Shown: positions 25,487 through 38,229, counted from the whole stretch's first letter. The stretch is 62,922 nucleotides of DNA, filler included, from Dirinaria sp. TL-2023a (GCA_051941275.1; 45 parts of 45 records of this genome joined end to end with filler, not necessarily neighbours in it), one strand, 5' to 3'. Notes: generated from the letters alone by a model not told the origin. Numbers and translations are program-made.

Positions 25487-26089
25487 TGCTGCATCGCGCT
25501 TCAATCGATATTTCTTAATAAGATCGAGTACTGCATTGTCGTCGTTGCGAACTCAATGCTTCAATTGATCGACAGTGTTGATGAAATTCGAAGAGTCTGC
25601 TTGATTTGTTCTCGAAGAGAGATCTTCTGATTCTTCTGACAGTATCGACACGCGGCGGTTTGTCGTCTTCTTTAATAGATCTTTCATCGTCTGAGACAGA
25701 TAGATCGCATCGTCAATGAGATCATTGACGATCGAGAAAATCTGAGTCTGAGTGAGCTGTGCTCGAGAGTCTGATATCTGTCTAGACATCCTGATTTCTA
25801 TAATTATAAGGTCTTTTATTGCGATTGCTTGATCTACTCGTGCAACGCCGACGAGTGCAAAGATAAGAGTGATAGTTAGTGTAATGTCAGAGTCTGCACA
25901 GCGCTCAATGACATATGAGTGCTAGTAGACTAGGACACTAACTATGAAGAAGAAAAGGAAAGGAAATCTATCTACAGAAAGACTCAAATAGGGACCCGAA
26001 GCAATATCGATTCGAGGGGACGCTGGGCCTGATCATGTGACCTGATCATGTGACCTGATCTAAGGTGCTCCAGGTCTAGATTCATGACA
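25487..26089 (-). mobile_element. Family E 5' LTR (25885-26089), PBS and gag start
   Basis: TG...CA LTR; same LTR-internal junction at ~40080-40210; partial copies at 36659-36704 and 49184-49247. Confidence 0.82.
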
Positions 26090-26328
26090 CTGATCTTTCT
26101 GTTCTTCTTTTTCGATCTGGACTTTAATATGAGGTCATACGCAGGACTAGTCGCAATTCGAATTACTGTCGTGTATGCCGTTTTATCGAGTATCGTTTTA
26201 AGCGGCTGTGTGTGCGTTTCTATGTGTAGGACTATTATTGACGTTGCTCTAAACGCACCCGATATTGCTTTCTCGGCATCATATAGTATGTCTTCCAGCC
26301 ACACCATTTGTGCCTTTGTGAGCTCATT

Positions 26329-26789
26329 TGTTAGAACCGGTGCAGAGCTCAGGTCAATGCAGATATGATTAACTAAGGATATTATCACTAAGAAAAGAAG
26401 AAGAAGAAGGAAAACTAGATACAAGAGGAGGTCCCGGGTATATATGCGTGTGCGGGTGTCGGGTAAACACCTCGATCGGGTTAGCGCATTACCTCTGAGA
26501 ACCCTGAGAGATGTTGCCTCAGATAGTATATCAGATGCATGCTCGTAACACTATATCACTCTTCAACAAGTCATGTCCTCATGACTTCATACAAGTCTTA
26601 TTTCATTGTGTATTATAAGGCGTTTGTGAAGGTTTAATTATTCTAGCAATTCAGTTCATAATAAGAAGTTCTTGAAGATTCAATTTCTAGCGTTTGTACT
26701 CGATATAGCGACTTGTTCCCTTTCAAGTTTGTATTCTAATATTCTGATCAATAGATGTTGACTCTACATCGATGTTTTGTGTCTTTTGT
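26329..26789 (-). mobile_element. Family B 3' LTR (26329-26550) with PPT and upstream internal region
   Basis: Matches other B copies; minus-strand GAAGAGTGATATAG abuts the LTR. Confidence 0.82.
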
Positions 26790-26889
26790 NNNNNNNNNNN
26801 NNNNNNNNNNNNNNNNNNNNNNNNNNNNNNNNNTTAATTAATTAANNNNNNNNNNNNNNNNNNNNNNNNNNNNNNNNNNNNNNNNNNNN

Positions 26890-28188
26890 AGAAAATTATC
26901 ATCAGTCGAACAGAACTACGACATACACGATAAGAAACTGTTAGCTATCGTAACATTTTTAAAAATATGAAGAGTATATGCAGAAGAAGTATCTGAACTT
27001 TGTCAAAGACCCAACCTTGGTTAGATAGGTTTCCCAATGGTAAAAGTCCCGGCACCGCCAAAAGACTAACTAAACCAAGTCGGAGACTTGATGCCTTATC
27101 TTACTACTTATGTTCCAGGATCGTAACATTATCTCGGTCCCTCGGCTTAGCTTCGTCTCGAAGCTAACGTTGAGAGAAGTAAGAGAATTCAAGACTCTGT
27201 AAAGAATGCTAGCTAATCAGAGTGACTCATGACGCTCAGAAATCAATGTACGTCTATCGAAACAAGTAATCGCCTCGAGTTTAGATAAGCTCTCAGCCGA
27301 CAGACCTCGCCGAAAAACAATCTTTCAAACGTTCGGACTGAGATTCGAACTCAGAATCTTGCGACCGTGTTGACTTGGTTTAATGTCAAAGACTCAACCT
27401 TGATTAGATAGATTTCCCAATGGTAAAAGTCCCGGCACCGCCAAAAGACTAACTAAACCAAGTCGGAGACTTGGTACCTATCTTACTACTTATGTTCCAG
27501 GATCGTAACAAACTTGAAATATTAACGAATCATAAGAACTTACTGCATTTTACAACGACGAAGCAGTTAAATCGAAGACAAATCAGATGATCGAAATTTC
27601 TTAAACAATATAAATTTATTATACGATACACATCAGAAAAAAACAATAATAGAGCGAACGTATTAAATCGACGAAACGACTATATGAAAAACAAAACGAA
27701 GTTCAATCACAACATATTAAAATTAAATTAAGATAAATTATTATTGATAAACAAAAGACAAGAATTAAATGCGACACTGCGCATATTTCGAGACGATCAA
27801 AAATAGTATCTTATACAGAGAGAGAAATTACAGATATCGACAAACAAAATTAAAGATTGCATTAAGAAATATCACGATGAGTCACTGCAGAAACATTCGA
27901 GAATATTCAAAACATTACAGTTTTTACGACAGAATTGTCCGTTTTCACACATGAGACAAAAAATCGAGACATACGTTAAACGATATTTTAGCTGTCAAAA
28001 GAATAAGCATGCGACTCATGCTAAGTACGAAGAATTGTAGTATCAAGAATCATCAACGATATTATAAAACGAAATCACGATGAACTTTATCATCAAATTA
28101 TCGAGATCAAAAAATTCAGCGACGAGAGAAATTTATGACTTTATATTGATAGTTGTGAATAAATTAACGAAGTACTCACATATTATAC
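26890..28188 (+). mobile_element. Degraded Gypsy RNase H-integrase, interrupted by TRIM-1
   Basis: EQNYDIHDKKLLAIV...EL|EILTNHKNL...LNRRQIR*; ITMNFIIKL...IVVNKLTKYSH. The frame is restored when the insert and one TSD are removed. Confidence 0.9.
27001..27510 (-). mobile_element. Complete TRIM-1 (510 bp)
   Basis: LTRs 27001-27128 and 27384-27510, 255-bp non-coding internal region, TSD AACTT. Confidence 0.96.
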
Positions 28189-28288
28189 NNNNNNNNNNNN
28201 NNNNNNNNNNNNNNNNNNNNNNNNNNNNNNNNTTAATTAATTAANNNNNNNNNNNNNNNNNNNNNNNNNNNNNNNNNNNNNNNNNNNN

Positions 28289-29026
28289 CGTCGTCGAATC
28301 GACGAATTCAGACAAGAGATCGTTATTTAGCTGACGATTCTCTTCTTTCAGATCTCGCAATCGTTGTTGATTTCGTAACAGCTGATTTTGAGATTCTAAA
28401 TCATGAATGCGTTGAGCGAGCTCATTTCGTAAGATATTCGAGCTGTTGTTTGACTCAGCGTCGTTTGATAAAGTCGCGGCGACGAGAAACGAGCGATCGC
28501 TCGAAACGATTTCAAAATCGTTTTTCGATTGTTGAGACTCTGACATTTCACGCGAAAACGTCATCACTATTACACTTCGGGCCTTTTTCTTCAAAAGATT
28601 GAAGTGATTAGAACTGTAAAATCGTATGCGTCGATTATTCGTCGACGCAGTACTTGTGTGAAAGACGTGACAGTGTAATAGATTATATGACTATCTCATA
28701 CTGTAGTTTCTGCTAGAACTAATCACTAAGAATTTCTCTCGAAAGAGTGAGTGATTCTCTATACTTAATCGCGAGCGTTAACATTGTCTCATCATGACGA
28801 GCCTCGCGCTGACGAATCACGAGCGCTCGTAGACACAATGCTTTATAAGCGTCAATCGCTCACTGATTTCTAGTTAATCTCGAGATTCAATCTTTCGACG
28901 CTGACTTCTAGACGGCGCTAGTCATGCTTCAGACCTCGAAGGATTGCCTCTGAGCACTCTCGGCTGCCAAGCGGCGCTAGTCTGCATTGGTCAATATATA
29001 TCAATATATCAGATATCACTGTTACA
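28289..29026 (-). mobile_element. Family D 5' LTR (28615-29026), PBS and gag start
   Basis: Same AGTGATTAGAAC|TGTAA junction as at 21504-21520; homologous gag N-terminus. Confidence 0.85.
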
Positions 29027-29587
29027 ACAAGATGCAAATGCAAGCAGAGAAATAAGATTCAAAAAAGATTTATCTCACATTCAGTGCTATGATTGTCATG
29101 AGTATGGGCATTATTTTATCAATTGCTCTCACAATCTCAACCCGCGGAAGTCTAAATCGATAACTGCAGCAGTTAACTCTGCTTCAGCAGATGACGATGA
29201 AGAGAAACAAATCTTTTCAGTTTCTGCTCGTTGTCTGCTCGTTGATGAAGAAGAACAAGGGCAGAAAGTATCAGTTATGACGACTATTAAGAAGAGCAAG
29301 CAACGAGAAGCAGCTCAAGCACTTTTCAGCAGAGCATCGAAGATGCTTCAACGATCACGCGAAGTTCAAATGACTAGACAATCAAAGCTTTATAACTCAT
29401 CACAGTTGTCTCAACATCTACTTGATCAAATAGCGAAGTACAACGAAAGTCAACGCGTTAATCGTCAAGATCACTCGACTGATCAGAGTGATTTTTATGA
29501 AGCATTCGATGATGAAAATCGAGTGAAAGAGATAGTTATGAAAGATAGCTCATCTACTCAATCGATGTCAGAGTCTCGCTCATCTCA
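29027..29587 (+). mobile_element. Gag zinc-knuckle fragment (host of the D insertion)
   Basis: CYDCHEYGHYFINC fits C-x2-C-x4-H-x4-C. Confidence 0.8.
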
Positions 29588-29687
29588 NNNNNNNNNNNNN
29601 NNNNNNNNNNNNNNNNNNNNNNNNNNNNNNNTTAATTAATTAANNNNNNNNNNNNNNNNNNNNNNNNNNNNNNNNNNNNNNNNNNNN

Positions 29688-30983
29688 AGCTATTGATAAA
29701 AGAAATTATCTAAACTATTGATTTTAAAAATCAGCGTTTAGAAGAGAAGATAATTGTAATAATGATATTGAGTCATCGATATATATTAATCAATGCGAAC
29801 TAACGTCGCTAAAACGCAAACTGTCAAGGACAATGTATATTCTGAAGTTGCGTATGAGAATTAACGTCGTCAAGACGTCAATTTTCGAAATTAAAACTTA
29901 AAACTGAACGCGCGTCAGTAGATCGCGAGCGTCTAAAGATTGTTGCATCTATTGATTCTTTTGTTATTTAACGCGAGATTAATCGTGATGAAAATTCATG
30001 ATGAGATTCTGATTGATTTCGCAGTTGAGTATAGAGAATCACTCATCTTTTATGAGAACTTTTTAGTGATTAGTTCTAGCAAGAACTATAGTCTAGATAG
30101 CAAGCATCTAAGTCTATTACACTATTACATCTTTCATATATCTAAGTATTTAGTCGACTCGTAATCATCGGATCGTATCTTACACTCACACAGCTCACGC
30201 AACTGTCGATTTCTTCAGTATCGTTTTAAGATTGTGCGTTCGAATCTACATTTTATACTATCAAGCGACGACGATCGTTTTAAGCTTCAACGTCGCTAAT
30301 CTCAGTCGAAACGTCTTTATCATGATCACGATATTTTCTACTGCTAGCTTCGAATCTTCATCAGCATAATATCATCTAAATTCTTCTTCACGACTCGTTT
30401 TCTACGCTCTCTCTCAATCGTCGTTTTCTCATTCACGTTTCATCGAAGTCTCTATATTTTGTCGCTGCTTTTTAGTATATTTCAGTTGACATCTGATTGA
30501 CGCTTTGACTCGCTTTCTAACTCATTTGACATAATCACTTGTTTGTGACAAGTAGTGAGCAATCGATATGACTATGAATACGACTCTAACGACACGAAGT
30601 TATGACTAAAGCTGTGCTTCTCGCGACAAAAATCAATTAAACAAGTGCTACACGTTCGTGAGCAAATTTCAATTTGCTGCGTTGTCGTGTTACGTCCGCT
30701 ACTATCATCTAGAATAAGATTCTAATATAAGACTAGAGTTTGATTTGTTGAAGAGATCTGTCAAGATACAACGAATATCTGTTGATGATATGACAATTAT
30801 TACACAAGATAAGATACTTAGTACTTGTAGCAGTAGTAAACAAGTTAACTAAAGATTGAACACGATATTAGAAGAATGTAAGGGAATCACAGCATCTAGA
30901 GCAAGAAGACATGATGTTTAAGTACTATGACTATGTACGAGAATACCAGACATGAGGGAGAAAGATACTATAGATATCTGAAG
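29688..30983. mobile_element. Degraded LTR remnants (D-related ~29750-30184; C in reverse from ~30688)
   Basis: TTAGTGATTAGTTCTAGC of LTR-D at ~30063; reverse-complement match to the LTR-C 3' half. Confidence 0.65.
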
Positions 30984-32537
30984 NNNNNNNNNNNNNNNNN
31001 NNNNNNNNNNNNNNNNNNNNNNNNNNNTTAATTAATTAANNNNNNNNNNNNNNNNNNNNNNNNNNNNNNNNNNNNNNNNNNNNACACTTCACTCCCTAGA
31101 ACAGGTATTTTCAAGGAGTCCCTTCCCAAATCCCATCAAAACCTCGCTTCTTCTGCTTTCGCTCGATGTCTGCACCCATCTCCATGCAATAAAATTCCCC
31201 TCAAAAACCAACACAAAACAAAGCCAATTCTCTCCATTGTATCTTCCCAGCTATTATTTCCCCTCTCCTCTCATAGATTTCCTTTCACTATCACTCGCTA
31301 CGGCAATAACGTACGCAACTATCCCGGTGACCTCTATATATCTATATATCTATACCCAATACATACGATTCCCGTCCCTGAGACACATCAGCAGTCCACA
31401 CACCAGATCCAGACAGCAATACTTTGCAAAACCCATTCCCGACACGTACGCGTACACTCACATCCGGAACAAACCTCCATATAGGGCCCGGGGTAGGAAG
31501 CCATCCAAACTCCTCCCATACCATACCCAACCCAATGGGTACGAGTACGTGCGTTTGAACCTTACTCTACTCTCCTTTCGCTACCTGTCAATCAAGTAAT
31601 CCTGGCGCTCTTTTTACCAATGTGCTTCATTCGTGAGTATATAAACACGCTGTTCCCCCTCCCTTTTTTTCTTCTTTTTGGAACACGCAATAGATCTAGA
31701 AGGTTCTAAAAAGGTCGTGTCTTCGATCTACGCTTTCTCACTACTATCATCACCACCATATTCGATATCAAACAAGAAAACGAGAGAGATACAGACAATC
31801 TGCGCCAAAAAGAAAGAGAAAAGATGTACCGCCTAGTGTTAAAACTCTCGACTTTTAGATTCACAATAGTAAAGCAGTTAAGTGCAGTCTTTGGCATAAG
31901 GTACCTTGTAAATCTCCATTCCTGCTCTCTTGCTACGGGCAAGTATATAATACAGCTGTATATCAGGCCGTGATTTTTCCCCTCTTTTTTTTGGGTTAGA
32001 GAGCAGCCTACAGTACCTACCGTACCTTAGTCGATAAGGTATGTGTCTCATATGTGTATGGAAAGGAAACCGGGGGATGCCTCGTTCGAAATGAAAATTG
32101 ATCGAGAGAAAAATACACTGTACTGGACTGCAACTATGGAATTGGCATGGGTAAGTAGGTATATATCTTTTTCGTAAGATGACTACGGGGCCCCCGCTGA
32201 GGAGTTTGGGGTTCGCTTACTTATGATAGGGTAGGGTAGGCTTAGTGGGAGTGTACCTTGATCAAAAGCGGAGAGGTGGTACCACTCTAATCAAGCAAGG
32301 TTACCATGTCCGCATTCCCAAAACATATAGTCGTCAAATTTAAAGATATTCATGAGGTGATTCGGGCCTATTCATATGNNNNNNNNNNNNNNNNNNNNNN
32401 NNNNNNNNNNNNNNNNNNNNNNTTAATTAATTAANNNNNNNNNNNNNNNNNNNNNNNNNNNNNNNNNNNNNNNNNNNNACAGATATACGGATGTACATGG
32501 CCCGATAGTGATTTTCCGATTCAAGACAAAGTCAAGA

Positions 32538-33266
32538 CTAAATTGCACATTCCTCCACACAAACCCGACAATAAGCTTCCAACCCCTCCCCCCCATCCCC
32601 CAACCACTCACACTCCTCATGCTGAAAACACTTCCTCTCGGGATCCCTCAACCGAAGATGCTCATGCGTCTTCGTCGCCTCTTGCAAGCCTAGCACCCGT
32701 CTCAAACCCTTCCCCCTCCCCGCTATCCTCTGCCCCTCGGTCTTCACCGGCAGAAACAACCAATGCAAATACATGCCACGCTTGAGACACGGGCAGGGCT
32801 GCTCGACGGGCCACAGCGCCGGATGGAACAACTTCAGCTGCGCTTGCCCTTGGCGCAGCAAATCCACTTCTGCGCGCGTCCACAACCCGTGCGGACACAC
32901 CCAGCTCTGGTCCCGGAAACCGCGGCAGCTTCTCTCCGTGGGCTGCTTTTGCGTTTCCTCGGGATTGGAGAAGTGTGTGCGATGGTGGGTTTTGCTGCAT
33001 TTGCTGCAGACAAGGTGGTGGAGATGCAGGGTTCCATCGCGTTCCAGCATTGAGAGGAATTCGAGCCATTCCGGGGAGGGGGGGGAGTCTTTGTTGTAGG
33101 GCTGGCTTTGGGAGTAGAGGTGTTTTGGGCTGGTTGGGAGGAGACGGGCAAAGCGGGTGCAGGACTGATGGAGGGATAGTAAGTTGCTTGGAGGGAGATG
33201 GCTGAAGATTTGGAGCAGGATCTCGGTGGGAAGTTGTGATATCATGGTTTTACTTTTTTTTGGCAT
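32538..33266 (-). CDS. F-box domain protein with Cys/His-rich C-terminus
   Basis: ISQLPTEILLQIFSHLPPSNLLSLHQSCTRF is an F-box consensus; the 3' part may be spliced. Confidence 0.85.
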   Translation of the reverse strand: MPKKSKTMISQLPTEILLQIFSHLPPSNLLSLHQSCTRFARLLPTSPKHLYSQSQPYNKDSPPSPEWLEFLSMLERDGTLHLHHLVCSKCSKTHHRTHFSNPEETQKQPTERSCRGFRDQSWVCPHGLWTRAEVDLLRQGQAQLKLFHPALWPVEQPCPCLKRGMYLHWLFLPVKTEGQRIAGRGKGLRRVLGLQEATKTHEHLRLRDPERKCFQHEECEWLGDGGEGLEAYCRVCVEECAI

Positions 33267-33739
33267 GGAGAATATGGAGATTGGGGGTGGGTGCTGGCCT
33301 CGTTAATTGAGGGTGGAGTTACATGTAATCACTCTAGTATCTGGAAGGATGAAAAAGAGGTTCAAGTGAATTGAGCTCAAGCCTTTCTGCAAAGCTTGGG
33401 TTGGATTTTTGGGAGATGATTTTCTGCGAGAGTTGAGCAACAGATGGTGGTCTTTCCAAAAGTGATCGAGGATCGAGTACCACGATGTAGCCCGGGAATT
33501 GAGCCCTGTTGCTCGCTTAGTAAGCAATATAAGATTACATAAGCCTGGTTCCTGGACTAAAGATAAAGTTTATATGCACATATAGAAGTAATCTTACATC
33601 AAAGCAGATATACCTCTCCTCCTACTCCCCCAGGCTTTACGTACAATAGCCCAGTCCAGATACCGAGACTATAGGCATGACCTCCACCAGCACTCAGCTA
33701 GAAATCCGTCACCCGCCATCATGGCATCCAGCCCCCTAG

Positions 33740-33772
33740 CACCAGCACCAGCACCAGCACCAGCACCAGCAC
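33740..33772 (+). repeat. (CACCAG)n hexanucleotide microsatellite at contig end
   Basis: At least five units visible. Confidence 0.85.
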
Positions 33773-34449
33773 NNNNNNNNNNNNNNNNNNNNNNNNNNNN
33801 NNNNNNNNNNNNNNNNTTAATTAATTAANNNNNNNNNNNNNNNNNNNNNNNNNNNNNNNNNNNNNNNNNNNNCTACATGATGATCTTAATTAATTCCTAA
33901 GGCGATCGCCAGCCGGTCCCATTGGCGGCACTGATAGCACTAGCCAGGAATTGTGACGTACTGGTAGGGATTTGCAGCGAGCGCGTAATTTTGATGCAGG
34001 GAGTCGAAGCTGCACCATGTTCCTCTGTTCCAGCCTTGTGGGTGCTACATCGTCTTTGCTCCTGGGAGTGCGCGGGCACACCTATTAGGTGCTCTTTTAC
34101 GCTATTACGTCCGTCTAGAATCGAGCCCGGGGATTCTCAGATGGCCGGAGTCTGAAAATTGTAGTTCGTAATGTCACTGCGTAACCCTAGATATGCACTT
34201 CGAGCAGCTCAAGGAGCGTGAAAGCTCGACCAGGGTTTGTGTTAAGTTATATTATTTTGAGAAACAGAGAGGCTCTCGATGGGACTGCCTCAGCAATTAT
34301 TGGTTTCTTTCACGGTGAGGGTCTATGTTCGATTAGGCGTAATAGCCACCAAAAGTCGTCCGACCAAAGCCAGCATAGTTGAGACCTGTTTGCACGGCCA
34401 GCAAGCGTCATGCAAGAACCGTGTATAGAACCATGATCTCGGAATACAA

Positions 34450-35165
34450 TCATGAAAGTGCAGGCGTAGCGGACATCTCGTAAGGCTCTAATTGGTAGCT
34501 TGTATGTTGCTGAAGTGGCAATTCCGCTGGCGGTTGATGCGTATGGTCTGCAGCCATTTCCTGCTTATGTGTGGGCAATGTGTCAATTATATCTGTGTTC
34601 TTTGTATCTCTTTTCGCGTCTCCATATTGCTTCGCTTCAACGGCTTGCTGGCGAGCCCGGCGGCGTCTGAGTAACAGTATTATTGCTACGACGCATAACG
34701 AAAGGCCTGCAACGCCGCCAATTACGGCTCCTGCTACAGCACCACTGGAAGTATGACGATCCTGAGCAGCTGATCTTGTTGGGCTTGAAGAATTTGGTGT
34801 GGTTTCGCTAGAGGTTCTTAGGCCTGAAGCCGAAGAGGTCGCTGGAGGAGATACAGGCGTTGGAAGAGCACAACTAGGTGGTCCGATGGGGACGAGTTTC
34901 TGATCCTCGGTTGGTATAGCTTCCGCTAGCGTGAATTGTTGACGGTCTTGGTCGACCATGAAGTAAGCTGAAGACAGGAAAGTATGGCCAAGAAGTGGCA
35001 TGTCATTCTTGTTGATGCTCTGAAGACTATTGATTCGAACGATGCGGGTAGTGGAACCATTGTTGATTATCATTCCGCCTTCTCCGTTATAATCAACATC
35101 CGGAACGATCAGTTGATGGTTCGGGATTGTTATGTCAAGACCAGGAGCGAGGGAGATGGTCAAGT
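34450..35165 (-). CDS. Membrane-anchored aspartic protease-like protein (family A1), C-terminal part
   Basis: LLGHTFLSSAYFMVDQDRQQFTLA, S/T-rich stalk, TM helix AVAGAVIGGVAG...LLLRRRR. Confidence 0.8.
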
Positions 35166-35265
35166 NNNNNNNNNNNNNNNNNNNNNNNNNNNNNNNNNNN
35201 NNNNNNNNNTTAATTAATTAANNNNNNNNNNNNNNNNNNNNNNNNNNNNNNNNNNNNNNNNNNNN

Positions 35266-35950
35266 AATGAGACGCACAAATATTCACTATCAAATCAACT
35301 GATGTGTGAATCTGTCGTCAGAGCAGCATTGATTCGTAAACAAGCTCGCACTGAATGACAAAAAAAGTGAAAGAAAGACATCAACGAGACTCATTATCGC
35401 GCGTTGACATCGACGATAACTCATCGTCACATGCGACTTCACGATGAACGAATAAAATCACACAGTGCGCTACTCACACAACTGAGAACGAGCAAAATAA
35501 ACTTCAATCAATTTTTGAACGAACGACGCGTTCTCGAAGTGATCACAGAAATCTGCGATTGCGAACAAGATCGCATGACGATCAGACATGTGCTATTAAC
35601 ATGTTCTATATGAAGACAAGAGAAACTGAAGATGCAACGAAGAACAAACAACATCACAGATGTGAGAAAGCTACTTGACAGCATCGCTGACGTCACAACA
35701 GCGATACGAATAATTTTATTCACTGATCTACTCAGTCAGTTTCAGACAATCGCTCTCTCTTCGAATTCTTAGACTCATAGAGTTCTCGCATGAAGAATTT
35801 TCTAATATTACGAATAGAGAATAACTGCTTGTATTATAGAGAAAGTCGACGCTGCATCAACGCAGCATTGATATAGTCATATAGATCTCGCATAGACCTC
35901 TCGTGAATGTTAAATCGAGTAAGAATTAAAAAAAAAAAAAAAAAAAAAAA
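35266..35950 (+). mobile_element. LINE 3' end with zinc finger and poly(A) tail
   Basis: LTQLRTSKINFNQFL...CDCEQDRMTIRHVLLTC; A-run at ~35928-35950. Confidence 0.88.
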
Positions 35951-36047
35951 TATTTTTGTAATCAACGCGTACGTTTATATATTTTAAGTTCTCGTCTTTT
36001 TAGCTTTAGAACTTAATAATAGTAAGTAAAATTTTAAAGATTTTATA

Positions 36048-36558
36048 TGTAAGACGACTAGTCAGGTAATAGTGTAACTACCCTTACTTGGATCAAAAGA
36101 TCACAGTAATTACTCCTACTGGAATAATTAGCTACTATTACCACCTATATCCTAGAGTGCTGCTCATGCGTTCGGGACCCCCAACCAGCGCCGCATGACA
36201 ACTATCCCCCCTCTCAGAAACCGCGTCCTCGAGATTCACTAAAGAGTCTTGTCTCAGAGGCGACTGACGACACTTTCTTTAGTCACGATAGAATATAGAC
36301 AGACTTTCAAGAGCGACACCATTATGAGCTGTGATGGTTCTAAGAAAATTTTAAAGAATTTTACCAGCGGGGGTTCGAACCCGCCAACTTAGAAAACATC
36401 GTTACCCAGTAGAAATAATTACTCTGTAAGACGGCTAGTCAGATAATAATGTAACTACCCTTACTTGAATCAAAAGATCACAGTAATTATTTCTACTGGA
36501 ATAATTAGCTACTATTATCACCTATATTCTAGAGTGCTGCTCATGCGTTCGGGATCCC
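36048..36558 (-). mobile_element. TRIM-2, a second miniature LTR family (LTR 36048-36200, internal 36201-36424, LTR 36425 to contig edge)
   Basis: 153-bp TG...CA direct repeat; minus-strand PPT GAGAGGGGGGATAGT; 18-nt self-complementary PBS; no ORF. Confidence 0.88.
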
Positions 36559-36704
36559 NNNNNNNNNNNNNNNNNNNNNNNNNNNNNNNNNNNNNNNNNN
36601 NNTTAATTAATTAANNNNNNNNNNNNNNNNNNNNNNNNNNNNNNNNNNNNNNNNNNNNGATCATGTGACCTGACCTAAGGTGCTCCAGGTCTAGGTTTAT
36701 GACA

Positions 36705-37809
36705 GAGATTGAGAAAATTGTGAAACAGCGAAATCAGAAATATCTGATTAGGTGAAGAGAATGATCTACGAAAGATAACACGTGAAAATTATTTAGAAAT
36801 TTTGAAAACTGCTCAGAGACATTTCGAGAGTTTCGTCAGCGTCAGAGAGATCGCGAAAAAACTCGTCAATGATTTAAGTGTTTCATACGAAACTCGAGAG
36901 CGTAAAAAACTTGAGAAACGAAATCTTTTGTTTTATCTGGTCTTCTTTTTCTTCGATCTCAAAAATGTTTTTCGACTCGACGTTACTCAAATCTTTTAAT
37001 CGACGCAATCAATACTTTCGTTGTTTTTTTTTTACGAGTCAACTTAAGACGAATCTCGAGAATCTCGTCGTTCAGTTTCTCAGCATTCTTTATAATCTGA
37101 TTCATACTTTCGAAATCGAGAGCAAGATCGCATTTTCGATTCTTGCGATAATATTTTTCACATTTGAGAAACTGACGATTCATTTTACATGAGACGTCAT
37201 AAAAAATACAACACTGATAAAAACGCATGACGAATTGTGCAAAACAGTAACGACGATCGACGATGAGATTACGACGTTGAGTGAACGAGAGATTGAAAAA
37301 CATGATAAAAGAATAAATTTCGAGAACGAAATTTAGAGAAAAAAGAAATGATGTTACGACTCTGTGCTGAGACATATCTTATGTATGAAATTCTGAAACA
37401 CAGATACGTATCATGATCAAGATTATCAGAACTTTTAAGACTTAAACGAGCTAGCGAAAATCACGTGAGCAGATCAATAGAATTAAGATGATCAGAGTTT
37501 GAGCAGTTTAATATAGCTTGAGCAGATCAAAAGAATCAAAATAATTAGAGCTTGAGCAGCTTGATGTAACTTGAGTATTTAGCGCGAAAGAATCAGTATA
37601 TAAATCTTCAACACGACGTTTTTCTGACATCGTGTTCAACATCTTTGCAATAATCATTTACTGCTCAGTGTAACTTGTATCTTGTTGTGATACTTGCTTT
37701 ATCACGTTGACACTCGTTGTTCTAAGACTTGAATCTCTTCGAACAGATTAAACTCTAGCATCTTATATTAGACATCTGAAACCCTAGATTAATAGTAGAA
37801 GACGCAACA
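36705..37809 (+). mobile_element. Chromovirus 3' end: chromodomain, antisense ORF, PPT, LTR-C (37352-37809)
   Basis: EIEKIVKQRNQKYLIR*RE*STKDNT*K is a chromodomain with TGA at Trp; purine tract before TGTTACG. Confidence 0.85.
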
Positions 37810-38229
37810 TAATTCAGAGATTCAAATTGAAAAACTCGATATAATGATAAAAAATTGAAAAAACGAAAGAAATAATGTGATAATAACAAATTCATTATGA
37901 TTACGCGTAACAAACGCATCGATTTCAATTTTATATTTATTTCAATTTTTTNNNNNNNNNNNNNNNNNNNNNNNNNNNNNNNNNNNNNNNNNNNNTTAAT
38001 TAATTAANNNNNNNNNNNNNNNNNNNNNNNNNNNNNNNNNNNNNNNNNNNNAAGCGCTTTCCCACCCACCCACTCCAGATATCGGTCGCATAGGTAGAGG
38101 GAGTTGTTGGCGCTAGGGGCAGCATGTTTTAAGGTCGTGTTTTCGTTTGCTTGCTTGCTAGATAGACGCCTCTGGCGCCGACGAGGCCCAAATCCAGTTC
38201 ACTCGTTTGTGCCTATATTTGCTAGTCCC

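Noticed and set aside
36340..36420. Complete tRNA gene around GGTTCGAACCC
   Set aside because: I could not build acceptor, D or anticodon stems; only the T-arm is present (kept as a finding).
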